Shown here one piece after another: positions 38,597 through 47,749 of a stretch of 64,000 bases of DNA. The stretch comes from a virus: positions 6,558 through 70,557 of the IMG/VR virus record IMGVR_UViG_3300025168_011805; one strand, given 5' to 3'. Under the pieces are notes generated by a model, which worked only from the letters and a program-made list of their open reading frames with translations, was not told the origin of the DNA and ran no database searches. The position numbers and the translations under genes were made by a program. The stretch's first letter is position 1, and each line of letters opens with the position of its first letter.

Positions 38597-41135
38597 AACT
38601 TTCTATACAAATGTTTCTTTAGTTGGTGATGGAATTTTATACAGAGGAATTAAAAATGGTGTCCCTGTAAAAAAAGTTGACAAGTATAGACCAACTCTGT
38701 TTGTTCCATCTCTCGAAAACAAGACAGAATACAAAACACTAGCAGGTGAATATGTAGAACCTTTCCAGCCTGGCTATGTTACCGACTGTAGAAGATTTGT
38801 AGAACAATACAAGGGTGTTGGTAATTTTAAAATTTATGGAAACACTGATTATGTTTATCAATTCATAGGAGATAGTTTTCCTAATGAAGTTCCTTATGAT
38901 TTTTCAAAAATTCCTATTGCTTATATTGATATTGAAACAACATGTGAAGATGGTTTCCCCGACATAGACGATCCAAATGAAGAAGTCATAGCGATAACAT
39001 TTACAGTAAATGAAAAGACATTTGTTTTTGGATCTAAACATTACGAACTACCAGATGAAGAAAATTTAGAAGTCTTCGTCTCTGATAATGAAACTGAATT
39101 ATTGAATTCGTTTATATCTGTGTGGGAGAAAAATTGTCCACATGCTATAACCGGGTGGAACATAAAGTTTTTCGACATCCCCTATCTCGTTCAAAGAATA
39201 CAGAGAGTTTTGGGTCCTGTGGAATCTTCTAGGCTTTCACCTTGGAAAAAGATACGAGAGAAGCAAATCGAAAGACAAGGTAAGAAGCACACAACTTTTC
39301 AGATACTGGGTGTTTCCATTCTAGATTACCTTGATTTGTACAAGACGTTTACCTATGTAAATCAAGAATCATATCGTCTCGATCATATTGCTTTTGTGGA
39401 ACTGGGAGAGAGAAAGCTTTCATATTCTGAATTCGATTCCATCAAAGATTTCTATAAAAAAGATTTCCAAAAATTTGTTGAGTATAATGTCAAAGATGTT
39501 CGTCTAGTTCAAAGACTAGAGGAGAAGTTGAAGCTAATTGAACTTGCGATGGCACTCGCATACTCTGCGAAGGTAAATTACGAAGATGTATTTTCTCAAG
39601 TTAGAACTTGGGATCAAATCATATATCATTATCTTCGTAGTCACAATGTAATTATTCCTCCGAAAAAGGAGGGCAATAAAGATGATCAGTATGTTGGTGC
39701 ATATGTTAAGGATCCCATTGTCGGACAGCATGAATGGATCGTTTCTTTGGACTTGAACAGTCTGTATCCTCACCTTATCATGCAATATAATATCAGTACA
39801 GAAACCAAAGTCTATCCGGGTGAAGATACTTTTGGCATAAGTGTGGATAATATTTTGAAGACATCACCAGAAACTTATCATCACGGTTGTCATAAAAAAC
39901 TAGAAAAGTTTAAGTCTATGGGATATTCTGTTGCTGCTAATGGTACATGTTACACAAAACAGCATCAAGGATTCTTGCCTGCGCTCATGGAGAAAATGTA
40001 CAAAGAACGTAAGCACTACAAGAAATTGATGATCGAAGCACAGAAAAAGAAACAAAAAAATCCCGATGATCAAAGTATTGACTTCGAGATTGCCAAGTAT
40101 CACAACTTCCAACTGGTTAGAAAAATTCAACTTAACTCAGCTTATGGTGCGATTGGTAACCAATACTTTCGTTATTATGATGTTCAAATGGCAGAAGCAA
40201 TTACAACATCCGGACAACTTAGTATTCGATGGATAGCAAACAAACTAAATGAATTTTTGAACAAAACAATTGGTACGGAGAATTACGATTATGTGGTTGC
40301 AAGTGATACCGATTCTGTATATCTTCGCCTTTGCAATCTTGTTGACAAGGTGTGTGGTGGGAAAACCAAGTCAGAGATCGTGGAATTTCTCGACAAAGCA
40401 TCACAAGAAATAATTCTTCCATTCATCGAGAAACAGTACGATGAACTTGCAAAGTTAATGAATGCTTATGATAACAAGATGATCATGGAACGAGAGTGTA
40501 TTGCAGACAAGGGAATCTGGACTGCAAAGAAAAGGTACATGCTTAATGTCTTAGATAATGAGGGGATTCGATACACAGAGCCTAAACTTAAAATCATGGG
40601 TATAGAAACCACACGTTCTTCTACACCAGCAATAGTCCGCGAGAAACTCAAGAAAGCAATATCACTGATCATGTTGACTGATGAGACTACTGTTCAATCT
40701 TTCATAGCTAAATTTAGAAAGGAATTCAATGGATTGGATCCGGAGGAGGTTTCATTTCCTCGTGGTGTTTCTAACTTAGAAAAGTATAGAAGTTCTTCAG
40801 AGATTTATTCCAAAGGAACTCCGATTGCAGTGAAGGGAGCACTTTTGTATAATCATTACATCAAGAGTAAAAAATTAGATAGAAAGTACAATCTCATTGT
40901 GGAGGGTGAGAAGGTTAAGTTTACTTACCTGAAAGAACCAAATCCTATCTCTGGTCCTAAAGGTGATAAGGTTATTTCTTTTGTAAATTCTCTACCGAAA
41001 GAGCTTGATCTTCACAGATTTGTCGATTATAATAAGCAGTTCGAAGTTGCTTTTCTTGATCCAATTATGAAGATTTTGACTGTCATTAATTGGGACTTTG
41101 AGAAGAAATCTACATTGGAAAGTTTATTTTGTTGA
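38589..41135 (+). CDS. gp43: Family B DNA polymerase
   Basis: DIET, DLNSLYP, KIQLNSAYG, SDTDS, KKRY, C-terminal clamp-binding TLESLF. Confidence 0.98.
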   Translation: MNETFYTNVSLVGDGILYRGIKNGVPVKKVDKYRPTLFVPSLENKTEYKTLAGEYVEPFQPGYVTDCRRFVEQYKGVGNFKIYGNTDYVYQFIGDSFPNEVPYDFSKIPIAYIDIETTCEDGFPDIDDPNEEVIAITFTVNEKTFVFGSKHYELPDEENLEVFVSDNETELLNSFISVWEKNCPHAITGWNIKFFDIPYLVQRIQRVLGPVESSRLSPWKKIREKQIERQGKKHTTFQILGVSILDYLDLYKTFTYVNQESYRLDHIAFVELGERKLSYSEFDSIKDFYKKDFQKFVEYNVKDVRLVQRLEEKLKLIELAMALAYSAKVNYEDVFSQVRTWDQIIYHYLRSHNVIIPPKKEGNKDDQYVGAYVKDPIVGQHEWIVSLDLNSLYPHLIMQYNISTETKVYPGEDTFGISVDNILKTSPETYHHGCHKKLEKFKSMGYSVAANGTCYTKQHQGFLPALMEKMYKERKHYKKLMIEAQKKKQKNPDDQSIDFEIAKYHNFQLVRKIQLNSAYGAIGNQYFRYYDVQMAEAITTSGQLSIRWIANKLNEFLNKTIGTENYDYVVASDTDSVYLRLCNLVDKVCGGKTKSEIVEFLDKASQEIILPFIEKQYDELAKLMNAYDNKMIMERECIADKGIWTAKKRYMLNVLDNEGIRYTEPKLKIMGIETTRSSTPAIVREKLKKAISLIMLTDETTVQSFIAKFRKEFNGLDPEEVSFPRGVSNLEKYRSSSEIYSKGTPIAVKGALLYNHYIKSKKLDRKYNLIVEGEKVKFTYLKEPNPISGPKGDKVISFVNSLPKELDLHRFVDYNKQFEVAFLDPIMKILTVINWDFEKKSTLESLFC

Positions 41136-41144
41136 AAGGATATT

Positions 41145-41327
41145 ATGGCACTAACAAAAGAACAAAGTTCATTTTTGGCAGATTTTTTGAGTGACATAAC
41201 TGATAAGAAAAAAAAGTTTATTAAGAGTAAAATGTTAGATGAGACATCCAATTTACAATCAATAGAAGTTGAGTTGGATGTTTCTAAAAAATTGAATGAA
41301 ATCATCTTGGAATTAAAGTCTACTTGA
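41145..41327 (+). CDS. Small hypothetical protein
   Basis: AAGGA RBS; fills the gp43-uvsX gap. Confidence 0.6.
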   Translation: MALTKEQSSFLADFLSDITDKKKKFIKSKMLDETSNLQSIEVELDVSKKLNEIILELKST

Positions 41328-41336
41328 GGAGACAGT

Positions 41337-42392
41337 ATGTCAGAATTTTTGAATAATTTAGTGAAAGAGTCGGGTAATGAATATGCAACTATTGCAAGCA
41401 AAGGGATAGAGGGATCTGATGTACGAGGATTTTGTGATACTGGTAGCTTTTCTTTTAATAGTCTCGTTAGTGGATCTCTATACGGAGGTATTCCAGACAA
41501 TAAAATCACGGCTCTCGCAGGTGAGTCCTCGACTGGAAAAACTTATTTTGCTCTTGGTATTGTTTCTAAGTTTCTTAACAGCAATCCTGATAGTGTCGTA
41601 CTTTATTTTGATAGTGAGCAGGCCGTTACAAGTAACATGTTTGCTGAACGAGGAATCGATCCGAATAGGGTTGCTGTTTTTCCAGTAGCGACTGTAGAAA
41701 GATTTAGACATCAGGCAATATCAATCGCAGATAATTACATAGAGAACAAAGAAAAGAAACCTGTTATGATTGTTCTCGATTCCCTTGGTATGCTTTCTAC
41801 CGAGAAAGAAATGACTGACACGGCAGAAGGAAAAGGAACTCGTGATATGACACGAGCACAACTTGTCAAATCTACATTTAGAGTTTTAACTTTGAAGCTG
41901 GGTAAAGCAGGAATTCCGATGATCATGACAAACCATACGTATGATGTGGTGGGTTCTATGTTCCCCACAAAAACTATGGGTGGTGGTTCTGGTCTCAAGT
42001 ATGCCGCTTCTACCATTGTATATCTTTCAAAGAAGAAGGTGAAAGAAGGAACAGACGTAATCGGAAACATCATTCACTGTAAGTTATTCAAGAGTAGATT
42101 CACAAAAGAAAATTCTATGATTGACGTAATGCTTAATTATGAAACTGGACTACATCCTTACTATGGATTGGTTGACATTGCTATAAAACATGGTATACTG
42201 AAGAAGGTTTCTACTAGGATAGAATTTCCTGATGGAAGGAAAGCTTATGAGAAAGCAATCTATAAAGATCCTGAAAAGTATTTCACTCCAGACATCATGG
42301 AAAAACTAGAAGTCGCAGTCGGCAAAGAATTTTGTTATGGAAATAGTAAAGATGTTGAGGACTCCACAGAGGAAATAAATGAAAACGATTGA
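41337..42392 (+). CDS. uvsX: RecA-like recombinase
   Basis: GESSTGKT, DSE, DSLG, RDMTRA, MGGGSG. Confidence 0.96.
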   Translation: MSEFLNNLVKESGNEYATIASKGIEGSDVRGFCDTGSFSFNSLVSGSLYGGIPDNKITALAGESSTGKTYFALGIVSKFLNSNPDSVVLYFDSEQAVTSNMFAERGIDPNRVAVFPVATVERFRHQAISIADNYIENKEKKPVMIVLDSLGMLSTEKEMTDTAEGKGTRDMTRAQLVKSTFRVLTLKLGKAGIPMIMTNHTYDVVGSMFPTKTMGGGSGLKYAASTIVYLSKKKVKEGTDVIGNIIHCKLFKSRFTKENSMIDVMLNYETGLHPYYGLVDIAIKHGILKKVSTRIEFPDGRKAYEKAIYKDPEKYFTPDIMEKLEVAVGKEFCYGNSKDVEDSTEEINEND

Positions 42393-43791
42393 AGAATTAA
42401 TTTTATCGAATTTAGTTTACAATGAAGCGTATTCTCGAAAAGTTATACCTTTCATCAGTGAAGAATATTTTCATGATCATGACCACAAAACGGTTTTCAA
42501 AATTATTCAAAAGTTTATTTTAGATTATGGTAATATTCCGACAACAGAAGTTATCTTAATTCAAGCAGATAAAGAAAAGAATATAAACGAAGAGAAATTT
42601 AAAACCATAACTGGTATTGTGTCTAACCTGAGTATTGATGAGGACACCGATAATGAGTGGTTAGCTAAAGAAACCGAGTCTTTTTGTAAAGACAAGGCGG
42701 TTTATAATGCGATCATGCAATCAATTCATATCATTGATGGGAAGAGTCAAACACAAACAGAAAATGCGATTCCAGAGATTCTCTCTGACGCACTTTCGGT
42801 CTCTTTCGATGTTCACATCGGACATGATTACCTCGAAGATGCAAACGAAAGATTTGAATTCTACCATAAAGTAGAAAAGAGAATTCCGTTTGATTTGGAA
42901 TTTTTCAATACCATAACAAACGGAGGTACACCCCAAAAGACTTTGAATATAGTCATGGCAGGAACTGGTGTGGGTAAATCTCTCTTCCTCTGTCACCACG
43001 CAGCTAATTGTTTATCACAAAATCAAAATGTTTTGTATATTACATGTGAGATGGCAGAAGAAAGAATCGCAGAGAGAATTGATGCAAATTTGTTTGACAT
43101 TACAATTGATGAGGTTAGAGATCTACCGAAACAGATCTACCAGTCAAAACTAAACAAGCTTTCTGGTGATATTAAGGGAAAACTCATAGTCAAAGAGTAT
43201 CCTACAGCAACAGCAAATTCAAATCATTTTAGATCTTTGCTGGATGAACTTTGGATAAAGAAGAAGTTTAAACCAGATATTGTTTTTATTGACTACTTAA
43301 ATATTTGTGCATCAGCAAGATTAAAGAATACTGGTAATGTAAACTCCTATACTTACATAAAAGCAATTGCAGAGGAACTCAGAGGTCTTGCAGTAGAAAG
43401 ATCTGTTCCTATATTCTCTGCAACACAGGTGAACCGTAGTGGTTTCAATAGTACTGATATTGGACTAGAGGACACATCGGAGTCTTTTGGTTTGCCAGCG
43501 ACAGCAGATTTCATGTTTGCTCTTATATCAACAGAAGAGTTAGAAGAATCAAATCAGATTTTGATTAAGCAATTGAAAAACAGATACAATGATGTATTTT
43601 CTAACAAGAAATTTATCGTTGGAATAAACAGAGGTAAGATGAAGCTATATGACATCGAGAAAAATGAACAAGATGGTTTGTTGATGTCAAATCAGACAGA
43701 GGAACAAACTTTGGGTTCTGGTTTTGATGGTAAGAATTTTGAAGATAAGTTCTCACAAAGAAAAGAAAAATTCAGTCAGTGGAAGATATGA
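42379..43791 (+). CDS. gp41: Replicative helicase
   Basis: AGTGVGKS, EMAEERIAERID, DYLNIC, SESFGLPATAD. Confidence 0.97.
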   Translation: MKTIEELILSNLVYNEAYSRKVIPFISEEYFHDHDHKTVFKIIQKFILDYGNIPTTEVILIQADKEKNINEEKFKTITGIVSNLSIDEDTDNEWLAKETESFCKDKAVYNAIMQSIHIIDGKSQTQTENAIPEILSDALSVSFDVHIGHDYLEDANERFEFYHKVEKRIPFDLEFFNTITNGGTPQKTLNIVMAGTGVGKSLFLCHHAANCLSQNQNVLYITCEMAEERIAERIDANLFDITIDEVRDLPKQIYQSKLNKLSGDIKGKLIVKEYPTATANSNHFRSLLDELWIKKKFKPDIVFIDYLNICASARLKNTGNVNSYTYIKAIAEELRGLAVERSVPIFSATQVNRSGFNSTDIGLEDTSESFGLPATADFMFALISTEELEESNQILIKQLKNRYNDVFSNKKFIVGINRGKMKLYDIEKNEQDGLLMSNQTEEQTLGSGFDGKNFEDKFSQRKEKFSQWKI

Positions 43792-44847
43792 ATGTCTAGT
43801 TACATCGATAAAAAATTTATAAATATATTGTCAGGAACTTTGGATAAGTTTTCTTGGAAACGCGAGAATTTGGCAAACTGTAGATGTCCAATTTGTGGTG
43901 ACTCCCAGAAACACAAAACAAAGACCAGATTGTATTTTTATCAAAAAGAAAATGCTTTCTTAATAAAGTGTCATAATTGTAGTTACTCTTCAAATTTATA
44001 TAACTTCATCAAGGAGGTTAGTCCGTCTTTGATTAAAGAGTATGCGGTAGAGACATGGAAAGAAAAAAATGTATCGAAGACAAATAAGTCGGATAAAATA
44101 AGAGAAAACGAAATGATATCTTTGCTCAAGAAAAATAAATTCAAACCCAAACAAAAGTTACTAAAAGATTTGACTAGAGTATGTGACTTGGACAAAGATC
44201 ATGTGGGTTATAAATTTATTTCGATGAGAAAAATTCCAAAGAAGTTTTATGATATTTTATATTACACTTCTGATTTTGGTTCATGGATGAGAAAAGTTGA
44301 TCCAGATTGTGCGCCAGTTGGCAAAGAAGAAAGACTCATAATACCTTTCTTCAACAAAAATGGTGATCTTGTAGCAGCACAGGGAAGAGCATTAAACTTC
44401 AAAGACGAAGCTAAAGCAAGAACCACCGCTAGGTATATAACTGTTAAGGCAGATAAAAGTATCGATCGTCTTTGGTATGGCATGTGGAGAGCGGATCCAA
44501 AGAAAAAGGTTTATGTTGTAGAAGGTCCTCTTGATAGTCTTTTCTTGGACAACTGTATAGCTATGGTGGGAGCCGGTGCGATAGAGAATGTTCATCCTAG
44601 ATTTGAGAACAGTGAAATTGTATATGCACTTGACAACGAACCAAGAAATAAACAAATTTGCAATTACATAAGCAGGTTAATAGAAAAGGGTTGTAGCGTT
44701 TGTATCTGGCCAGATAAGATCAAAGAAAAAGATATAAACGATATGATATATAATAGAAAACCATCAAAGATTAAAAAGATAATTGATGAAAATACTTTCA
44801 GTGGACTAGAAGCAACTTTGAGGTTTAGACAATGGAAAAAAGTTTAG
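43792..44847 (+). CDS. gp61: DNA primase
   Basis: RCPICGDS...CHNC zinc finger, EGPLDS, DNEPRN, KDIND. Confidence 0.96.
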   Translation: MSSYIDKKFINILSGTLDKFSWKRENLANCRCPICGDSQKHKTKTRLYFYQKENAFLIKCHNCSYSSNLYNFIKEVSPSLIKEYAVETWKEKNVSKTNKSDKIRENEMISLLKKNKFKPKQKLLKDLTRVCDLDKDHVGYKFISMRKIPKKFYDILYYTSDFGSWMRKVDPDCAPVGKEERLIIPFFNKNGDLVAAQGRALNFKDEAKARTTARYITVKADKSIDRLWYGMWRADPKKKVYVVEGPLDSLFLDNCIAMVGAGAIENVHPRFENSEIVYALDNEPRNKQICNYISRLIEKGCSVCIWPDKIKEKDINDMIYNRKPSKIKKIIDENTFSGLEATLRFRQWKKV

Positions 44848-45623
44848 ATGATTTTCTTGATATTCTCACACCCGTAACTTCTTTACCAGAAAATCACAAT
44901 ATAACAACGTATCTAAGTAAAAGAAAAATCCCAACTGATCGTTGGGTTGATATTTTTTACACGGAAGATTTTTTTGAAATTCTTAGAAGAGTTTCGATAG
45001 ATACGTATAATATTCTTCTGGAACAACTCATGTTTCCTGAAGGAAGTTTGTTACCAAAAGAAAAACGAATCATAATGGTAACAAGAAAACGAAATGGAAC
45101 ACTGCATTGTTTTGTGGGAAGAGCATTAGGACACAACCATATTCATAATAAGTACAGAAGTGTCTCTACTGACACTAAACAAGCCTTATTCTATAACATA
45201 GAGAGAATAGATCCTCAAAAAACAGTTTATATCTGTGAGGGTGTGTTCGATGCTATGCAATTGGATAATGCTGTTGCACAGTGTACCATAGCAGCACCAG
45301 AAACAATGATATCTGGTGGTACTTACATGCAGTCTCTCAAAAACTGCAAATCATCACCATATCTTGATTTGCCTTTTGATGATATTGTTTTTGTGTTTGA
45401 TAACCAATTATCATTCACACCAGTAAACTATGCCTATAGTAAGTTCGTTGAGTGGGGACATAAAGTATTTATTTGGCCCAAGGGACTCAAAAAGTATAAA
45501 GATATAAATGACTTAATTTTTGGTTACACCAAAGAACAAATACATGATATAATTACTGAAAATACTTTCAGTGGTGATGCAGCTATGAAGATAATAAGGA
45601 GTTATGATGTCCAAAGTTCTTAA
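44832..45623 (+). CDS. Primase paralog (TOPRIM part only, no zinc finger)
   Basis: RKIP, YTEDF, GRAL, EGVFDAM, FDN, IWP, KDIND and ENTFSG each align with the preceding gp61. Confidence 0.8.
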   Translation: MEKSLDDFLDILTPVTSLPENHNITTYLSKRKIPTDRWVDIFYTEDFFEILRRVSIDTYNILLEQLMFPEGSLLPKEKRIIMVTRKRNGTLHCFVGRALGHNHIHNKYRSVSTDTKQALFYNIERIDPQKTVYICEGVFDAMQLDNAVAQCTIAAPETMISGGTYMQSLKNCKSSPYLDLPFDDIVFVFDNQLSFTPVNYAYSKFVEWGHKVFIWPKGLKKYKDINDLIFGYTKEQIHDIITENTFSGDAAMKIIRSYDVQSS

Positions 45624-46329
45624 TAAGGGTTATGTAGATTTAGTTGATCACATGGGTAGTGATCTGACTGTCTGTAACGCAGCAAGAGTTTCTTTCAATA
45701 AGGAAACTGATTGGGGAATTGATGAGGATGCTAAGACTAGATTGGAAAAATCTGGTTCAAATTACCACCAAAAAGATTTACAAAAACTCAAAGGATCTGA
45801 TAAGAAGTTGCTCCACTATCTTGCTAAACACAATCATTGGACACCATTCGCCCACCCACAGATTACATTAAGGATAAAGGCACCGATCTCGATCCGCACT
45901 CAGTTCTTCAAGCATAAGCAGGGATTCGTCGAGAATGAAATTAGTCGTCGTTATGTTTCATTTAAACCTGACTTCTATATACCACAATGGAGAGGAAAGC
46001 CCAAGGGCAGTGCAAAGCAGGGTAGTGATGAGTTTATTGCGATAAAGGGTGACAATGTTCGCTCTTATGGGAACGCTTTAGAATTGTGTCTGTACACATA
46101 CGATCAATTGATCGAAGAAGGTGTTGCACCAGAACAAGCACGGTTTGTTTTGCCACAGGCAATGTACACAGAATGGTACTGGACTGGTTCTCTTGCAGCA
46201 TATGCCAGATTTTATGCCCAAAGAATTGATGAACATGCACAATGGGAAATCAGGGAATATGCAAGAGTTATAGGTGAACTTATCCAACCTCTATATCCTG
46301 AGTGTTGGAAGTGTCTTATAAATAAATAG
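45604..46329 (+). CDS. thyX: Flavin-dependent thymidylate synthase
   Basis: MGSDLTVCNAARVSF, HWTPF, NEISRRY, PEQARFVLPQ, AQWEI. Confidence 0.95.
   Translation: MMSKVLNKGYVDLVDHMGSDLTVCNAARVSFNKETDWGIDEDAKTRLEKSGSNYHQKDLQKLKGSDKKLLHYLAKHNHWTPFAHPQITLRIKAPISIRTQFFKHKQGFVENEISRRYVSFKPDFYIPQWRGKPKGSAKQGSDEFIAIKGDNVRSYGNALELCLYTYDQLIEEGVAPEQARFVLPQAMYTEWYWTGSLAAYARFYAQRIDEHAQWEIREYARVIGELIQPLYPECWKCLINK
46317..46324 (+). promoter_or_regulatory. T4-type late promoter TATAAATA
   Basis: Exact consensus upstream of a four-gene structural cluster. Confidence 0.75.
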
Positions 46330-46349
46330 TACAGAAGCTGGAGCAACAA

Positions 46350-46772
46350 ATGGCGTCTAATTACGACATAGAAATGTTTAGAGGAGATGATCTATCTCTA
46401 TTTTTAGTATACCAAATAGACGGAAGTAACTTTGATTTTAGTGGATACTCTGCCGATATGGATATCCGCAGAAGCACCCACTCTGATAATAAAGTTGCAG
46501 AGTTATCTACTGCTGGTGGAGTTACTGGGGCTGGAATATCAGGAGAATATTTTTCAGGTGGTATTCAGGCATCAACCGGGGGTATTGTTCTTAACGTAGA
46601 TCCATCTCTTGTCGATTATACTGGTGGTGTTCTAATAAAAGTTCCAAACGAAACAACCAAGCATTTCCCAGCAGGACTAAATTTCTATACTCTTAGGATT
46701 CAGTCTCCAACAGGAACAAAGGAAACCTTATTCTCTGGGAGAATAAAGGTAAATAGATCGGTAACTGATTAA
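46350..46772 (+). CDS. Putative virion protein (BppU-N-like Ig module)
   Basis: YDI...GD...DFSGY.A.M.IR ... Y.L......GRIKV...VT; late promoter. Confidence 0.6.
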   Translation: MASNYDIEMFRGDDLSLFLVYQIDGSNFDFSGYSADMDIRRSTHSDNKVAELSTAGGVTGAGISGEYFSGGIQASTGGIVLNVDPSLVDYTGGVLIKVPNETTKHFPAGLNFYTLRIQSPTGTKETLFSGRIKVNRSVTD

Positions 46773-47746
46773 TGTCAAAAATACCGGGAAGAATAGATGT
46801 TAGAGGAGTCACTGGTCCTGATGGACCGATAAAAGGAACTTTTATCACAGGTGATTCTTTGTTATCTAGTTACTCTAGTAGTGACTATAAAATTTTGCCT
46901 TCAGGTATAACGATTGATTATGTCAATAAAAAAGTCATAGTGCATGATAAAGTTATTTTTGCGAAAAATGCGGATATAAAATTATCACAGTCAGGACAAA
47001 CTTTAGAAAACTTTAGTCTGTCTAGTGGTTTTATAAATTATCGTCTCAATCACTATTATTTTCCAATGAATCTTATTGACTTTAATAAGTGTTTTTCTTG
47101 GATCCCACCACACCCTTTCATAACACCGGCCGGAGAACCTCCAGCACCCGAGCTTACTGCAAGAACAGATAGAGCTTATTATCTTCCATTTGAAATAAAA
47201 AGGGCGATGACATTTTCTGCTGGTGTTATAGCAGAAAATTATCAAAACTATGGACTTAGAACTCACAGAGGAAATGGATTAACTGCCTCTTGCCAGGTGA
47301 GAATGGCATTATACTCAAACAATGATAAACATTTTCTTCCTGCTAAAAGAATTGCACAAGCTCTCAATGGTATTACTTTTGGTGCCACCGCTGGTGATTT
47401 CGGTAGACCCGTTGATGTTCTACAGAACAAGATAGCATTCAAGCCAGGTGTTTATTGGATAGGTGTGGAAGTAAATCAAGACGTTCCTCAAAGTCTAGGT
47501 AAAGTCAATTTTAAAATGATGGACTCCAGACATGTCAAACCAATTCTGGGACAAAATGAATCCATAGATTTTTTACCAAAGGCTTGTGTTTGTTTGACAG
47601 GGTGTTATCCAGCTTCATTCCCATTCTTTATTAGTGATGACAGAGGAATTACGGGTAGTGTTACCGAACTTAGTGGAACTGACACGGCAGCAGCACCATT
47701 AATTTACATCAAACCAACCAGTTTCAGTGCGATAGCGGAGACTTGA
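46772..47746 (+). CDS. Putative virion structural protein
   Basis: Late operon; G[VI]TG motifs; YYLPF...ALY...GVYWIGV module. Confidence 0.6.
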   Translation: MSKIPGRIDVRGVTGPDGPIKGTFITGDSLLSSYSSSDYKILPSGITIDYVNKKVIVHDKVIFAKNADIKLSQSGQTLENFSLSSGFINYRLNHYYFPMNLIDFNKCFSWIPPHPFITPAGEPPAPELTARTDRAYYLPFEIKRAMTFSAGVIAENYQNYGLRTHRGNGLTASCQVRMALYSNNDKHFLPAKRIAQALNGITFGATAGDFGRPVDVLQNKIAFKPGVYWIGVEVNQDVPQSLGKVNFKMMDSRHVKPILGQNESIDFLPKACVCLTGCYPASFPFFISDDRGITGSVTELSGTDTAAAPLIYIKPTSFSAIAET

Positions 47747-47749
47747 GCA

